IMG/VR virus record: IMGVR_UViG_2693429733_000004
Location: 1-28,960 of that record
Length of the DNA stretch: 28,960 nt
From: a virus
Taxonomy: Duplodnaviria; Heunggongvirae; Uroviricota; Caudoviricetes
Reading direction: 5' to 3' (one strand)
A model generated the notes under the pieces. It was not told the origin of the DNA and did no database searches. It saw nothing but the letters and a program-made list of their open reading frames with translations. Shown here in pieces: positions 1-11,631 of the stretch (position 1 is its first letter; every line of letters begins with the position of its first letter). Made by a program: the position numbers and the translations under genes.

Positions 1-201
1 TAACAGATGTCTGGAAATATAGGGGCAAATCCAATCGTCGCCGTATTCCCGTATTAACAGAGACCGTAGCCCGACGGGGAACTCCTTCTGCGCGAGTGTG
101 CGGGAATAATCAAAAACGATGCACACCGGGGTTACCGGGTACACATATTTCATCATGCCAGCGAGTCCGGTTCTGGCACGGAAGAAACCGGACGTTATGA
201 T

Positions 202-612
202 TTAGTGCGGAAATATTTGTGTAGTGTTCTGTATGTTCTCAGTAAAGAGTAATGAATTATCAAAGGTATAGTAATACCTTTTGTTTTCGTGGATATTTGT
301 AATCCATCTGAAAACCCCTGCTGTAGCAAGATTTTTCCTGTATTCGTAAAATGATAACTCTCCTGATTTGAATCCTTTTAAGGTGGCTTCTATAAGGCAT
401 TTATTTTTTGAAAATCTTACATTTACAACCTTACCCTGTCCTTTTATTAAAACCGTATTATCGTTTTCAAGAACAAGATGAATATTCTCTGTGGCTAAAT
501 AGTAAATGTAATGTGAGACATTGTGACGTTTTAGTTCAGAATAAAACCAGTGATAGTTTAAATTATTTCGCACTTTATCGAATATTTGTTTAAAAATGGC
601 AACCTGAGCCAT
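202..612 (-). CDS. Prophage moron protein, YbcV-like (DUF1398 family); likely start at second Met of the 141-codon ORF
   Basis: ORF 202..627 on - strand; GGAAGG Shine-Dalgarno 7 nt upstream of internal ATG at 612; low-GC island; protein recalled as resembling DLP12 YbcV from memory, not searched. Confidence 0.5.
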   Translation of the reverse strand: MAQVAIFKQIFDKVRNNLNYHWFYSELKRHNVSHYIYYLATENIHLVLENDNTVLIKGQGKVVNVRFSKNKCLIEATLKGFKSGELSFYEYRKNLATAGVFRWITNIHENKRYYYTFDNSLLFTENIQNTTQIFPH

Positions 613-669
613 TGTAGTACCTTCCATGTGATATGAGGGGGCGTAGTCTGCACGATTATCTAAATTGCT

Positions 670-903
670 TCAATCTGGTCTAACCTGTTTTCTGAGCAAT
701 TCAGTAATGTCACTCTTTTCTTTGTTTGCTTCAGGCGAAACTCTTTTTTCTGAGCACAGTCTCCGGCGGCAGGCTTCAATGACCCAGGCTGAGAAATTCC
801 CGGACCCTTTTTGAACAAGAGCGATGTTAATTTGTTCAATCATTTGGTTAGGAAAGCGGATGTTGCGGGTTGTTGTTCTGCGGGTTCTGTTCTTCGTTGA
901 CAT
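670..903 (-). CDS. Small 77-aa protein, YlcI/DUF3950-like; predicted ribbon-helix-helix-like fold
   Basis: ORF 670..903 on - strand; N-terminal basic stretch then RNIRFP strand plus two helices (NQMIEQINIALVQKG / NFSAWVIEACRRRL) typical of RHH; weak RBS; family assignment from memory. Confidence 0.45.
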   Translation of the reverse strand: MSTKNRTRRTTTRNIRFPNQMIEQINIALVQKGSGNFSAWVIEACRRRLCSEKRVSPEANKEKSDITELLRKQVRPD

Positions 904-959
904 GAGGTTGCCCTGTATTCAGTGTCGCTGATTTGTATTGTCTGAAGTTGTTTTTACGT

Positions 960-1290
960 TAAGTTGATGCAGATCAATTAATACGATACCTGCGTCATAA
1001 TTGATTATTTGACGTGGTTTGATGGCGTAGATGCACGTTGTGACATGTAGATGATAATTATTATCATTTTGCGGGTCCTTTCCGGCGATCCGACAGGTTA
1101 CGGGGCGGAAGGCGCGCGGGTTTTCGCTATTTATGACAATTTTCCGGTTTAAGGCGTTTCCGTTCTTCTTCGCCGTAACCTAATGTTTTTATTTAAAACA
1201 CCCCCTGAAAAGAAAGGAAACGACAGGTGCTGAAAACGGGCTTTTTGGCCTCTGTCGTTTCCTTTCTCTGTTTTTGTCCGTGGAATGAAC
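960..1290. other. cos: cos region (cosQ-cosN-cosB equivalent); cosN 12-mer at 1103..1114 = GGGCGGAAGGCG
   Basis: Flanks match recalled lambda ends (…ccgacaggttacg | 12-mer | cgcgggttttcgctatttatga…ttttccggtttaaggcgtttccgttcttcttcg…); lies immediately upstream of nu1 as in lambda. Confidence 0.8.
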
Positions 1291-1291
1291 A

Positions 1292-1811
1292 ATGGAAGTC
1301 AACAAAAAGCAGCTGGCTGACATTTTCGGTGCGAGTATCCGTACCATTCAGAACTGGCAGGAACAGGGAATGCCCGTTCTGCGAGGCGGTGGCAAGGGTA
1401 ATGAGGTGCTTTATGACTCTGCCGCCGTTATAAGATGGTATGCCGAAAGGGATGCTGAAATTGAGAACGAAAAGCTGCGCCGGGAAGTTGAAGAACTGCG
1501 GCAGGCCAGCGAGACAGATCTCCAGCCAGGGACTATTGAGTACGAACGCCATCGACTTACGCGTGCGCAGGCCGACGCACAGGAGCTGAAAAATGCCAGA
1601 GACTCCGCTGAAGTGGTGGAAACCGCATTCTGTACTTTCGTGCTGTCGCGGATCGCAGGTGAAATTGCCAGTATTCTCGACGGGATCCCCCTGTCGGTGC
1701 AGCGGCGTTTTCCGGAACTGGAAAACCGACATGTTGATTTCCTGAAACGGGATATCATCAAAGCCATGAACAAAGCAGCCGCGCTGGATGAACTGATACC
1801 GGGGTTGCTGA

Positions 1812-1837
<26 letters not shown>
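1292..1837 (+). CDS. nu1: Terminase small subunit Nu1 (181 aa)
   Basis: ORF translation MEVNKKQLADIFGASIRTIQNWQEQGMPVLRGGGKGNEVLYD… essentially the lambda Nu1 sequence; position right after cos; overlaps A start. Confidence 0.95.
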
Positions 1838-5518
<3,681 letters not shown>

Positions 5519-5538
<20 letters not shown>

Positions 5539-5812
5539 TCTCCCGCATATTGCCAGCATGGCTTTTAATGAGCCGCTGATGCTTGAACCCGCCTATGCGC
5601 GGGTTTTCTTTTGTGCGCTTGCAGGCCAGCTTGGGATCAGCTGCCTGACGGATGCAGTATCCGGCGACAGCCTGACTGCCGGAGAGGCACCCGCGGCGCT
5701 GGCGTTATCCGGTGATGATGACGGACCACGACAGGCCCGCAGTTATCAGGTAATGAACGGCATCGCCGTGCTGCCGGTGTCCGGCACGCTGGTCAGCCGT
5801 ACTCGGGGATGA
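5519..5812 (+). CDS. C: gpC N-terminal ORF (97 codons, GTG start) - 5' part of a frame-disrupted head protease/scaffold gene C
   Basis: AGGAGG SD at 5504..5509 then GTG 5519; translation (M)TAELRNLPHIASMAFNEPLMLEPAYARVFF… matches gpC N-terminus; frame ends at TGA 5810..5812. Confidence 0.6.
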
Positions 5813-6819
5813 CCGGTTACAACGGCATTATCGCCCGTCTGCAACAGGCTGCCAGCGACCCGATGGTGGACGGCATTCTGCTCGATATGGACACACCGGG
5901 CGGAATGGTGGCGGGAGCATTTGACTGCGCTGACATCATCGCCCGTGTGCGTGACATAAAGCCGGTATGGGCGCTGGCCAATGACATGAACTGCAGCGCA
6001 GGTCAGCTGCTTGCCAGTGCCGCCTCCCGGCGTCTGGTCACGCAGACCGCCCGGACAGGCTCCATCGGCGTCATGATGGCTCACAGTAATTACGGCGCTG
6101 CACTGGAGAAACAGGGCGTGGAAATCACGCTGATTTACAGCGGCAGCCATAAGGTGGATGGCAACCCCTACAGCCATCTACCGGATGATGTCCGGGAAAC
6201 ATTGCAGTCCCGGATGGATGCAACCCGCCGGATGTTTGCACAGAAGGTGTCGGCATATACCGGCCTGTCCGTGCAGGCTGTGCTGGATACCGAGGCTGCA
6301 GTGTACAGCGGTCAGGAGGCCATTGATGCCGGACTGGCTGATGAACTTGTTAACAGTACCGATGCGATCACCGTCATGCGTGATGCACTGGATGCACGTA
6401 AATCCCGTCTCTCAGGAGGGCGAATGACCAAAGAGACTCAATCAACAACTGTTTCAGCCACTGCTTCGCAGGCTGACGTTACTGGCGTGGTGCAAGCGAC
6501 GGAGGGCGAGAACGCCAGCGCGGCGCAGCCGGACGTGAACGCGCAGATCACCGCAGCGGTTGCGGCAGAAAACAGTCGCATTATGGGGATCCTCAACTGT
6601 GAGGAGGCTCACGGACGCGAAGAACAGGCACGCGTGCTGGCCGAAACCCCCGGTATGACCGTGGAAACGGCCCGCCGTATTCTGGCCGCAGCACCACAGA
6701 GTGCACAGACGCGCAGTGACACTGCGCTGGATCGTCTGATGCAGGGGGCACCGGCACCGCTGGCTGCAGGTAACCCGGCATCTGATGCCGTTAACGATTT
6801 GCTGAACACACCAGTGTAA
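5809..6819 (+). CDS. C: gpC C-terminal ORF (336 aa; S49/ClpP-like prohead protease domain; contains Nu3 in frame)
   Basis: ORF MTGYNGIIARLQQAASDPMVDGILLDMDTPGG… in a different frame from 5519..5812; its ATG overlaps the upstream stop (ATGA at 5809..5812). Confidence 0.7.
   Translation: MTGYNGIIARLQQAASDPMVDGILLDMDTPGGMVAGAFDCADIIARVRDIKPVWALANDMNCSAGQLLASAASRRLVTQTARTGSIGVMMAHSNYGAALEKQGVEITLIYSGSHKVDGNPYSHLPDDVRETLQSRMDATRRMFAQKVSAYTGLSVQAVLDTEAAVYSGQEAIDAGLADELVNSTDAITVMRDALDARKSRLSGGRMTKETQSTTVSATASQADVTGVVQATEGENASAAQPDVNAQITAAVAAENSRIMGILNCEEAHGREEQARVLAETPGMTVETARRILAAAPQSAQTRSDTALDRLMQGAPAPLAAGNPASDAVNDLLNTPV
6424..6819 (+). CDS. nu3: Scaffolding protein Nu3 (131 aa; internal in-frame start within C)
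   Basis: ATG at 6424 preceded by GGAGGG; MTKETQSTTVSATASQADV… matches lambda Nu3; shares stop with C. Confidence 0.75.
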   Translation: MTKETQSTTVSATASQADVTGVVQATEGENASAAQPDVNAQITAAVAAENSRIMGILNCEEAHGREEQARVLAETPGMTVETARRILAAAPQSAQTRSDTALDRLMQGAPAPLAAGNPASDAVNDLLNTPV

Positions 6820-6828
6820 GGGATGTTT

Positions 6829-7161
6829 ATGACGAGCAAAGAAACCTTTACCCATTACCAGCCGCTGGGCAATAGTGACCCGGCTCATACCGCAACCGCG
6901 CCCGGCGGATTGAGTGCGAAAGCGCCTGCAATGACCCCGCTGATGCTGGACACCTCCACCCGTAAGCTGGTTGCGTGGGATGGCACCACCGACGGTGCTG
7001 CCGTTGGCATTCTTGCGGTTGCTGCTGACCAGACCAGCACCACACTGACGTTCTACAAGTCCGGCACGTTCCGTTATGAGGATGTGCTCTGGCCGGAGGC
7101 TGCCAGCGACGAGACGAAAAAACGGACCGCGTTTGCCGGAACGGCAATCAGCATCGTTTAA
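6829..7161 (+). CDS. D: Head decoration protein gpD (110 aa)
   Basis: [27 protein letters not shown]… ; start taken at second ATG (6829) to match lambda gpD length. Confidence 0.9.
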   Translation: MTSKETFTHYQPLGNSDPAHTATAPGGLSAKAPAMTPLMLDTSTRKLVAWDGTTDGAAVGILAVAADQTSTTLTFYKSGTFRYEDVLWPEAASDETKKRTAFAGTAISIV

Positions 7162-7216
7162 CTTTACCCTTCATCACTAAAGGCCGCCTGTGCGGCTTTT
7201 TTTACGGGATTTTTTT

Positions 7217-8242
7217 ATGTCGATGTACACAACCGCCCAGCTGCTGGCGGCAAATGAGCAGAAATTTAAGTTTGATCCGCTGTTTCTGCGTCTCTTTTTC
7301 CGTGAGAGCTATCCCTTCACTACGGAGAAAGTCTATCTCTCACAAATTCCGGGACTGGTAAACATGGCGCTGTACGTTTCGCCGATTGTTTCCGGTGAGG
7401 TTATCCGTTCCCGTGGCGGCTCCACCTCTGAATTTACGCCGGGATATGTCAAACCCAAGCATGAGGTGAATCCGCAGATGACCCTGCGTCGCCTGCCGGA
7501 TGAAGATCCGCAGAATCTGGCGGACCCGGCTTACCGCCGCCGTCGCATCATCATGCAGAACATGCGTGACGAAGAGCTGGCCATTGCTCAGGTCGAAGAG
7601 ATGCAGGCAGTTTCTGCCGTGCTCAAGGGCAAATACACCATGACCGGTGAAGCCTTCGATCCGGTTGAGGTGGATATGGGCCGCAGTGCGGCGAACAACA
7701 TCACACAGTCCGGCGTCACGGAGTGGAGCAAGCGTGACAAGTCCACGTATGACCCGACCGACGATATCGAAGCCTACGCGCTGAACGCCAGCGGTGTGGT
7801 GAATATCATCGTGTTTGACCCGAAAGGCTGGGCGCTGTTCCGTTCCTTCAAAGCCGTCAAGGAGAAGCTGGATACCCGTCGCGGCTCTCATTCCGAGCTG
7901 GAGACAGCGGTAAAAGACCTGGGCAAAGCGGTGTCCTATAAGGGAATGTATGGCGATGTGGCCATCGTCGTGTATTCCGGACAGTACGTGGAAAACGGCG
8001 TCAAAAAGAACTTCCTGCCGGACAACACGATGGTGCTGGGGAACACTCAGGCTCGCGGTCTGCGCACCTATGGCTGCATTCAGGATGCGGACGCACAGCG
8101 CGAAGGCATTAACGCCTCTGCCCGTTACCCGAAAAACTGGGTGACCACCGGCGATCCGGCGCGTGAGTTCACCATGATTCAGTCAGCACCGCTGATGCTG
8201 CTGGCTGATCCTGATGAGTTCGTGTCCGTTCAACTGGCGTAA
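7217..8242 (+). CDS. E: Major capsid protein gpE (341 aa)
   Basis: MSMYTTAQLLAANEQKFKFDPLFLRLFF… ; internal ATG 7217 of the longer ORF gives the 341-aa lambda gpE length. Confidence 0.95.
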   Translation: MSMYTTAQLLAANEQKFKFDPLFLRLFFRESYPFTTEKVYLSQIPGLVNMALYVSPIVSGEVIRSRGGSTSEFTPGYVKPKHEVNPQMTLRRLPDEDPQNLADPAYRRRRIIMQNMRDEELAIAQVEEMQAVSAVLKGKYTMTGEAFDPVEVDMGRSAANNITQSGVTEWSKRDKSTYDPTDDIEAYALNASGVVNIIVFDPKGWALFRSFKAVKEKLDTRRGSHSELETAVKDLGKAVSYKGMYGDVAIVVYSGQYVENGVKKNFLPDNTMVLGNTQARGLRTYGCIQDADAQREGINASARYPKNWVTTGDPAREFTMIQSAPLMLLADPDEFVSVQLA

Positions 8243-8283
8243 TCATGGCCCTTCGGGGCCATTTTCTCTCTGTGGAGGAGTTC

Positions 8284-8682
8284 ATGACGAAAGATGAACT
8301 GATTGCCCGTCTTCAGGAGCTGGGTGAGCAATTGAACCGCGATGTCAGTTTGACGGGAACGAAAGAAGAACTGGCGCTTCGTGTGGCAGAGCTGGAAGAA
8401 GAGCTTGATGACACGGATGAAACTGCCGGTCAGGACACCCCTCTCAGCCGGGAAAATGTGCTGACCGGGCATGAAAATGAGGTGGTATCAGCGCAGCCGG
8501 ATACCGTGATTCAGGATACGGCTGAACTGGTCACGGTCGTGGCACTGGTGACGCTGCATACTGATGCACTTCACGCCACGCGGGATAAACCTGTGGCATT
8601 TGTGCTGCCGGGAACGGCGTTTCGTGTCTCTGCCGGTGTGGCAGCCGAAATGACAGAGCGCGGCCTGGCCAGAATGCAATAA
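8284..8682 (+). CDS. FI: DNA packaging protein FI (132 aa)
   Basis: GGAGG SD then ATG 8284; MTKDELIARLQELGEQLNRDVSLTG… ; position between E and FII. Confidence 0.85.
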   Translation: MTKDELIARLQELGEQLNRDVSLTGTKEELALRVAELEEELDDTDETAGQDTPLSRENVLTGHENEVVSAQPDTVIQDTAELVTVVALVTLHTDALHATRDKPVAFVLPGTAFRVSAGVAAEMTERGLARMQ

Positions 8683-8693
8683 CGGGAGGCGCT

Positions 8694-9047
8694 GTGGCTG
8701 ATTTCGATAACCTGTTCGATGCTGCCATTGCCCGCGCCGATGAAACGATACGCGGGTACATGGGAACGTCAGCCACCATGACATCCGGTGAGCAGTCAGG
8801 TGCGGTGATACGTGGTGTTTTTGATGACCCTGAAAATATCAGCTATGCCGGACAGGGCGTGCGCGTTGAAGGCTCCAGCCCGTCCCTGTTTGTCCGGACT
8901 GATGAGGTGCGGCAGCTGCGGCGTGGAGACACGCTGACCATCGGTGAGGAAAATTTCTGGGTAGATCGGGTTTCGCCGGATGATGGCGGAAGTTGTCATC
9001 TCTGGCTTGGACGGGGCGTACCGCCTGCCGTTAACCGTCGCCGCTGA
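8694..9047 (+). CDS. FII: Head-tail joining protein FII (117 aa, GTG start)
   Basis: GGGAGG SD; 117 aa; C-terminus …SPDDGGSCHLWLGRGVPPAVNRRR. Confidence 0.9.
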   Translation: MADFDNLFDAAIARADETIRGYMGTSATMTSGEQSGAVIRGVFDDPENISYAGQGVRVEGSSPSLFVRTDEVRQLRRGDTLTIGEENFWVDRVSPDDGGSCHLWLGRGVPPAVNRRR

Positions 9048-9058
9048 AAGGGGGATGT

Positions 9059-9637
9059 ATGGCCATAAAAGGTCTTGAGCAGGCCGTTGAAAACCTCAGC
9101 CGTATCAGCAAAACGGCGGTGCCCGGTGCCGCCGCAATGGCCATTAACCGCGTTGCTTCATCCGCGATATCGCAGTCTGCGTCACAGGTTGCCCGTGAGA
9201 CAAAGGTACGCCGGAAACTGGTAAAGGAAAGGGCCAGGCTGAAAAGGGCCACGGTCAAAAATCCGCAGGCCAGAATCAAAGTTAACCGGGGGGATTTGCC
9301 CGTAATCAAGCTGGGTAATGCGCGGGTTGTCCTGTCCCGCCGCAGGCGTCATAAAAAGGGGCAGCGTTCATCCCTGAAAGGTGGCGGCAGCGTGCTTGTG
9401 GTGGGTAACCGTCGTATTCCCGGCGCGTTTATTCAGCAACTGAAAAACGGCCGGTGGCATGTTATGCAGCGTGTGGCCGGGAAAAACCGTTACCCCATTG
9501 ATGTGGTGAAAATCCCGATGGCGGTGCCGCTGACCACGGCGTTTAAACAGAATATTGAACGGATACGGCGTGAACGTCTTCCGAAAGAGCTGGGCTATGC
9601 GCTGCAGCATCAACTGAGAATGGTAATAAAGCGATGA
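9059..9637 (+). CDS. Z: Tail completion protein gpZ (192 aa), tail module copy A
   Basis: 192-aa ORF, lambda gpZ length and sequence as recalled; ATGA overlap with U. Confidence 0.9.
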   Translation: MAIKGLEQAVENLSRISKTAVPGAAAMAINRVASSAISQSASQVARETKVRRKLVKERARLKRATVKNPQARIKVNRGDLPVIKLGNARVVLSRRRRHKKGQRSSLKGGGSVLVVGNRRIPGAFIQQLKNGRWHVMQRVAGKNRYPIDVVKIPMAVPLTTAFKQNIERIRRERLPKELGYALQHQLRMVIKR

Positions 9638-10029
9638 AACATACTGAACTCCGTGCAGCCGTACTGGATGCACTGGAGAAGCATGACACCGGGGCGACGC
9701 TTTTTGATGGTCGCCCCGCTGTTTTTGATGAGGAAGATTTTCCGGCAATTGCCGTTTATCTCACCGGCGCTGAATACACGGGCGAAGAGCTGGACAGCGA
9801 TACCTGGCAGGCGGAGCTGCATATTGAAGTTTTCCTGCCTGCTCAGGTGCCGGATTCAGAGCTGGATTCGTGGATGGAGTCCCGGATTTATCCGGTGATG
9901 AGCGATATCCCGGCACTGTCAGATTTGATCACCAGTATGGTGGCCAGCGGCTATGACTACCGGCGCGACGATGATGCGGGCCTGTGGAGTTCAGCCGATC
10001 TGACTTATGTCATTATCTATGAAATGTGA
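9634..10029 (+). CDS. U: Tail terminator protein gpU (131 aa), copy A
   Basis: 131-aa [31 protein letters not shown]…. Confidence 0.9.
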   Translation: MKHTELRAAVLDALEKHDTGATLFDGRPAVFDEEDFPAIAVYLTGAEYTGEELDSDTWQAELHIEVFLPAQVPDSELDSWMESRIYPVMSDIPALSDLITSMVASGYDYRRDDDAGLWSSADLTYVIIYEM

Positions 10030-10036
10030 GGACGCT

Positions 10037-10777
10037 ATGCCTGTACCAAATCCTACAATGCCGGTGAAAGGTGCCGGGACCACCCTGTGGGTTTATAAGG
10101 GGAGCGGTGACCCTTATGCGAACCCGCTTTCAGACGTTGACTGGTCGCGTCTGGCAAAAGTTAAAGACCTGACGCCCGGCGAACTGACCGCTGAGTCCTA
10201 TGACGACAGCTATCTCGATGATGAAGATGCAGACTGGACTGCGACCGGGCAGGGGCAGAAATCTGCCGGAGATACCAGCTTCACGCTGGCGTGGATGCCC
10301 GGAGAGCAGGGGCAGCAGGCGCTGCTGGCGTGGTTTAATGAAGGTGATACCCGTGCCTATAAAATCCGCTTCCCGAACGGCACGGTCGATGTGTTCCGTG
10401 GCTGGGTCAGCAGTATCGGTAAGGCGGTGACGGCGAAGGAGGTGATTACCCGCACGGTGAAGGTCACCAATGTGGGACGTCCGTCGATGGCAGAAGATCG
10501 CAGCACGGTGACGGCGACGACCGGCATGACGGTGACACCCGCCAGTGCTTCCGTAGTGAAAGGGCAGAGCACCACGCTGACCGTGGCATTCCAGCCGGAT
10601 GGCGCAACCGACAAGAGCTTCCGTGCGGTGTCTGCGGATAAAACAAAAGCCACCGTGTCGGTCAGTGGTATGACCATCACCGTGAAAGGTGTTGCTGCAG
10701 GCAAGGTCAACATTCCGGTCGTATCTGGTAATGGTGAGTTTGCTGCGGTTGCAGAAATCAACGTCACCGCCAGTTAA
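10037..10777 (+). CDS. V: Major tail tube protein gpV (246 aa) with C-terminal Ig-like domain, copy A
   Basis: GAGGA SD then ATG 10037 (the ORF-track start 10007 overlaps U); [33 protein letters not shown]…. Confidence 0.9.
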   Translation: MPVPNPTMPVKGAGTTLWVYKGSGDPYANPLSDVDWSRLAKVKDLTPGELTAESYDDSYLDDEDADWTATGQGQKSAGDTSFTLAWMPGEQGQQALLAWFNEGDTRAYKIRFPNGTVDVFRGWVSSIGKAVTAKEVITRTVKVTNVGRPSMAEDRSTVTATTGMTVTPASASVVKGQSTTLTVAFQPDGATDKSFRAVSADKTKATVSVSGMTITVKGVAAGKVNIPVVSGNGEFAAVAEINVTAS

Positions 10778-10792
10778 TCCGGAGAGTCAGCG

Positions 10793-11215
10793 ATGTTCCT
10801 GAAAACCGAATCATTTGAACATAACGGTGTGACCGTCACGCTTTCTGAACTGTCAGCCCTGCAGCGTATTGAGCATCTCGACCTGATGAAACGGCAGGCA
10901 GAACAGGCGGAGTCAGACAGCAACCGGAAGTTTACTGTGGAAGACGCCATCAGAACCGGCGCTTTTGTGGTTGCGATGTCCCTGTGGCATAACCATCCGA
11001 AGAAGACGCAGATGCCGTCCATGAATGAAGCCGTTAAACAGATTGAGCAGGAAGTGCTTACCACCTGGCCCACAGAGGCAATTTCTCATGCTGAAAACGT
11101 GGTGTACCGGCTGTCCGGTATGTATGAGTTTGTGGTGAATGATGCTCCTGAACAGGCAGAGGACGCCGGGCCTGCAGAGCCTGTTTCTGCGGGAAAGTGT
11201 TCGACGGTGAGCTGA
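10793..11215 (+). CDS. G: Tail assembly chaperone gpG (140 aa), copy A
   Basis: 140-aa ORF ending …PVSAGKCSTVS; slippery heptamer near its 3' end. Confidence 0.9.
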   Translation: MFLKTESFEHNGVTVTLSELSALQRIEHLDLMKRQAEQAESDSNRKFTVEDAIRTGAFVVAMSLWHNHPKKTQMPSMNEAVKQIEQEVLTTWPTEAISHAENVVYRLSGMYEFVVNDAPEQAEDAGPAEPVSAGKCSTVS

Positions 11216-11631
11216 GTTTTGCCCTGAAACTGGCGCGTGAGATGGGGCGACCCGACTGGCGCGCCATGCTTGCCGGGATGTCATCCACGGAGTATGCCGA
11301 CTGGCACCGCTTTTACAGTACCCATTATTTTCATGATGTTCTGCTGGATATGCACTTTTCCGGGCTGACGTACACCGTGCTCAGCCTGTTTTTCAGCGAT
11401 CCGGAGATGCATCCGCTGGATTTCAGTCTGCTGAACCGGCGCGAGGCTGACGAAGAGCCTGAAGATGATGTGCTGATGCAGAAAGCGGCAGGGCTTGCCG
11501 GAGGTGTCCGCTTTGGCCCGGACGGGAATGAAGTTATCCCCGCTTCCCCGGATGTGGCGGACATGACGGAGGATGACGTAATGCTGATGACAGTATCAGA
11601 AGGGATCGCAGGAGGAGTCCGGTATGGCTGA
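10793..11631 (+). CDS. T: Tail assembly chaperone GT fusion (G plus T via -1 frameshift at 11191..11197), copy A
   Basis: T-frame ORF 11197..11631 has no independent strong start; fused to G as in lambda. Confidence 0.8.
11191..11197 (+). promoter_or_regulatory. Programmed -1 ribosomal frameshift slippery heptamer G GGA AAG (G to GT), copy A
   Basis: GGGAAAG in correct phase of the G frame (…TCT GCG GGA AAG…); downstream T frame is the -1 frame and stays open to 11631. Confidence 0.8.

Noticed and set aside
163-192. Hairpin gtccggtt…aaccggac downstream of the 202..612 gene as a terminator
   Set aside because: The 14-nt loop is large and there is no U-tract on the - strand side, so not confidently a terminator.
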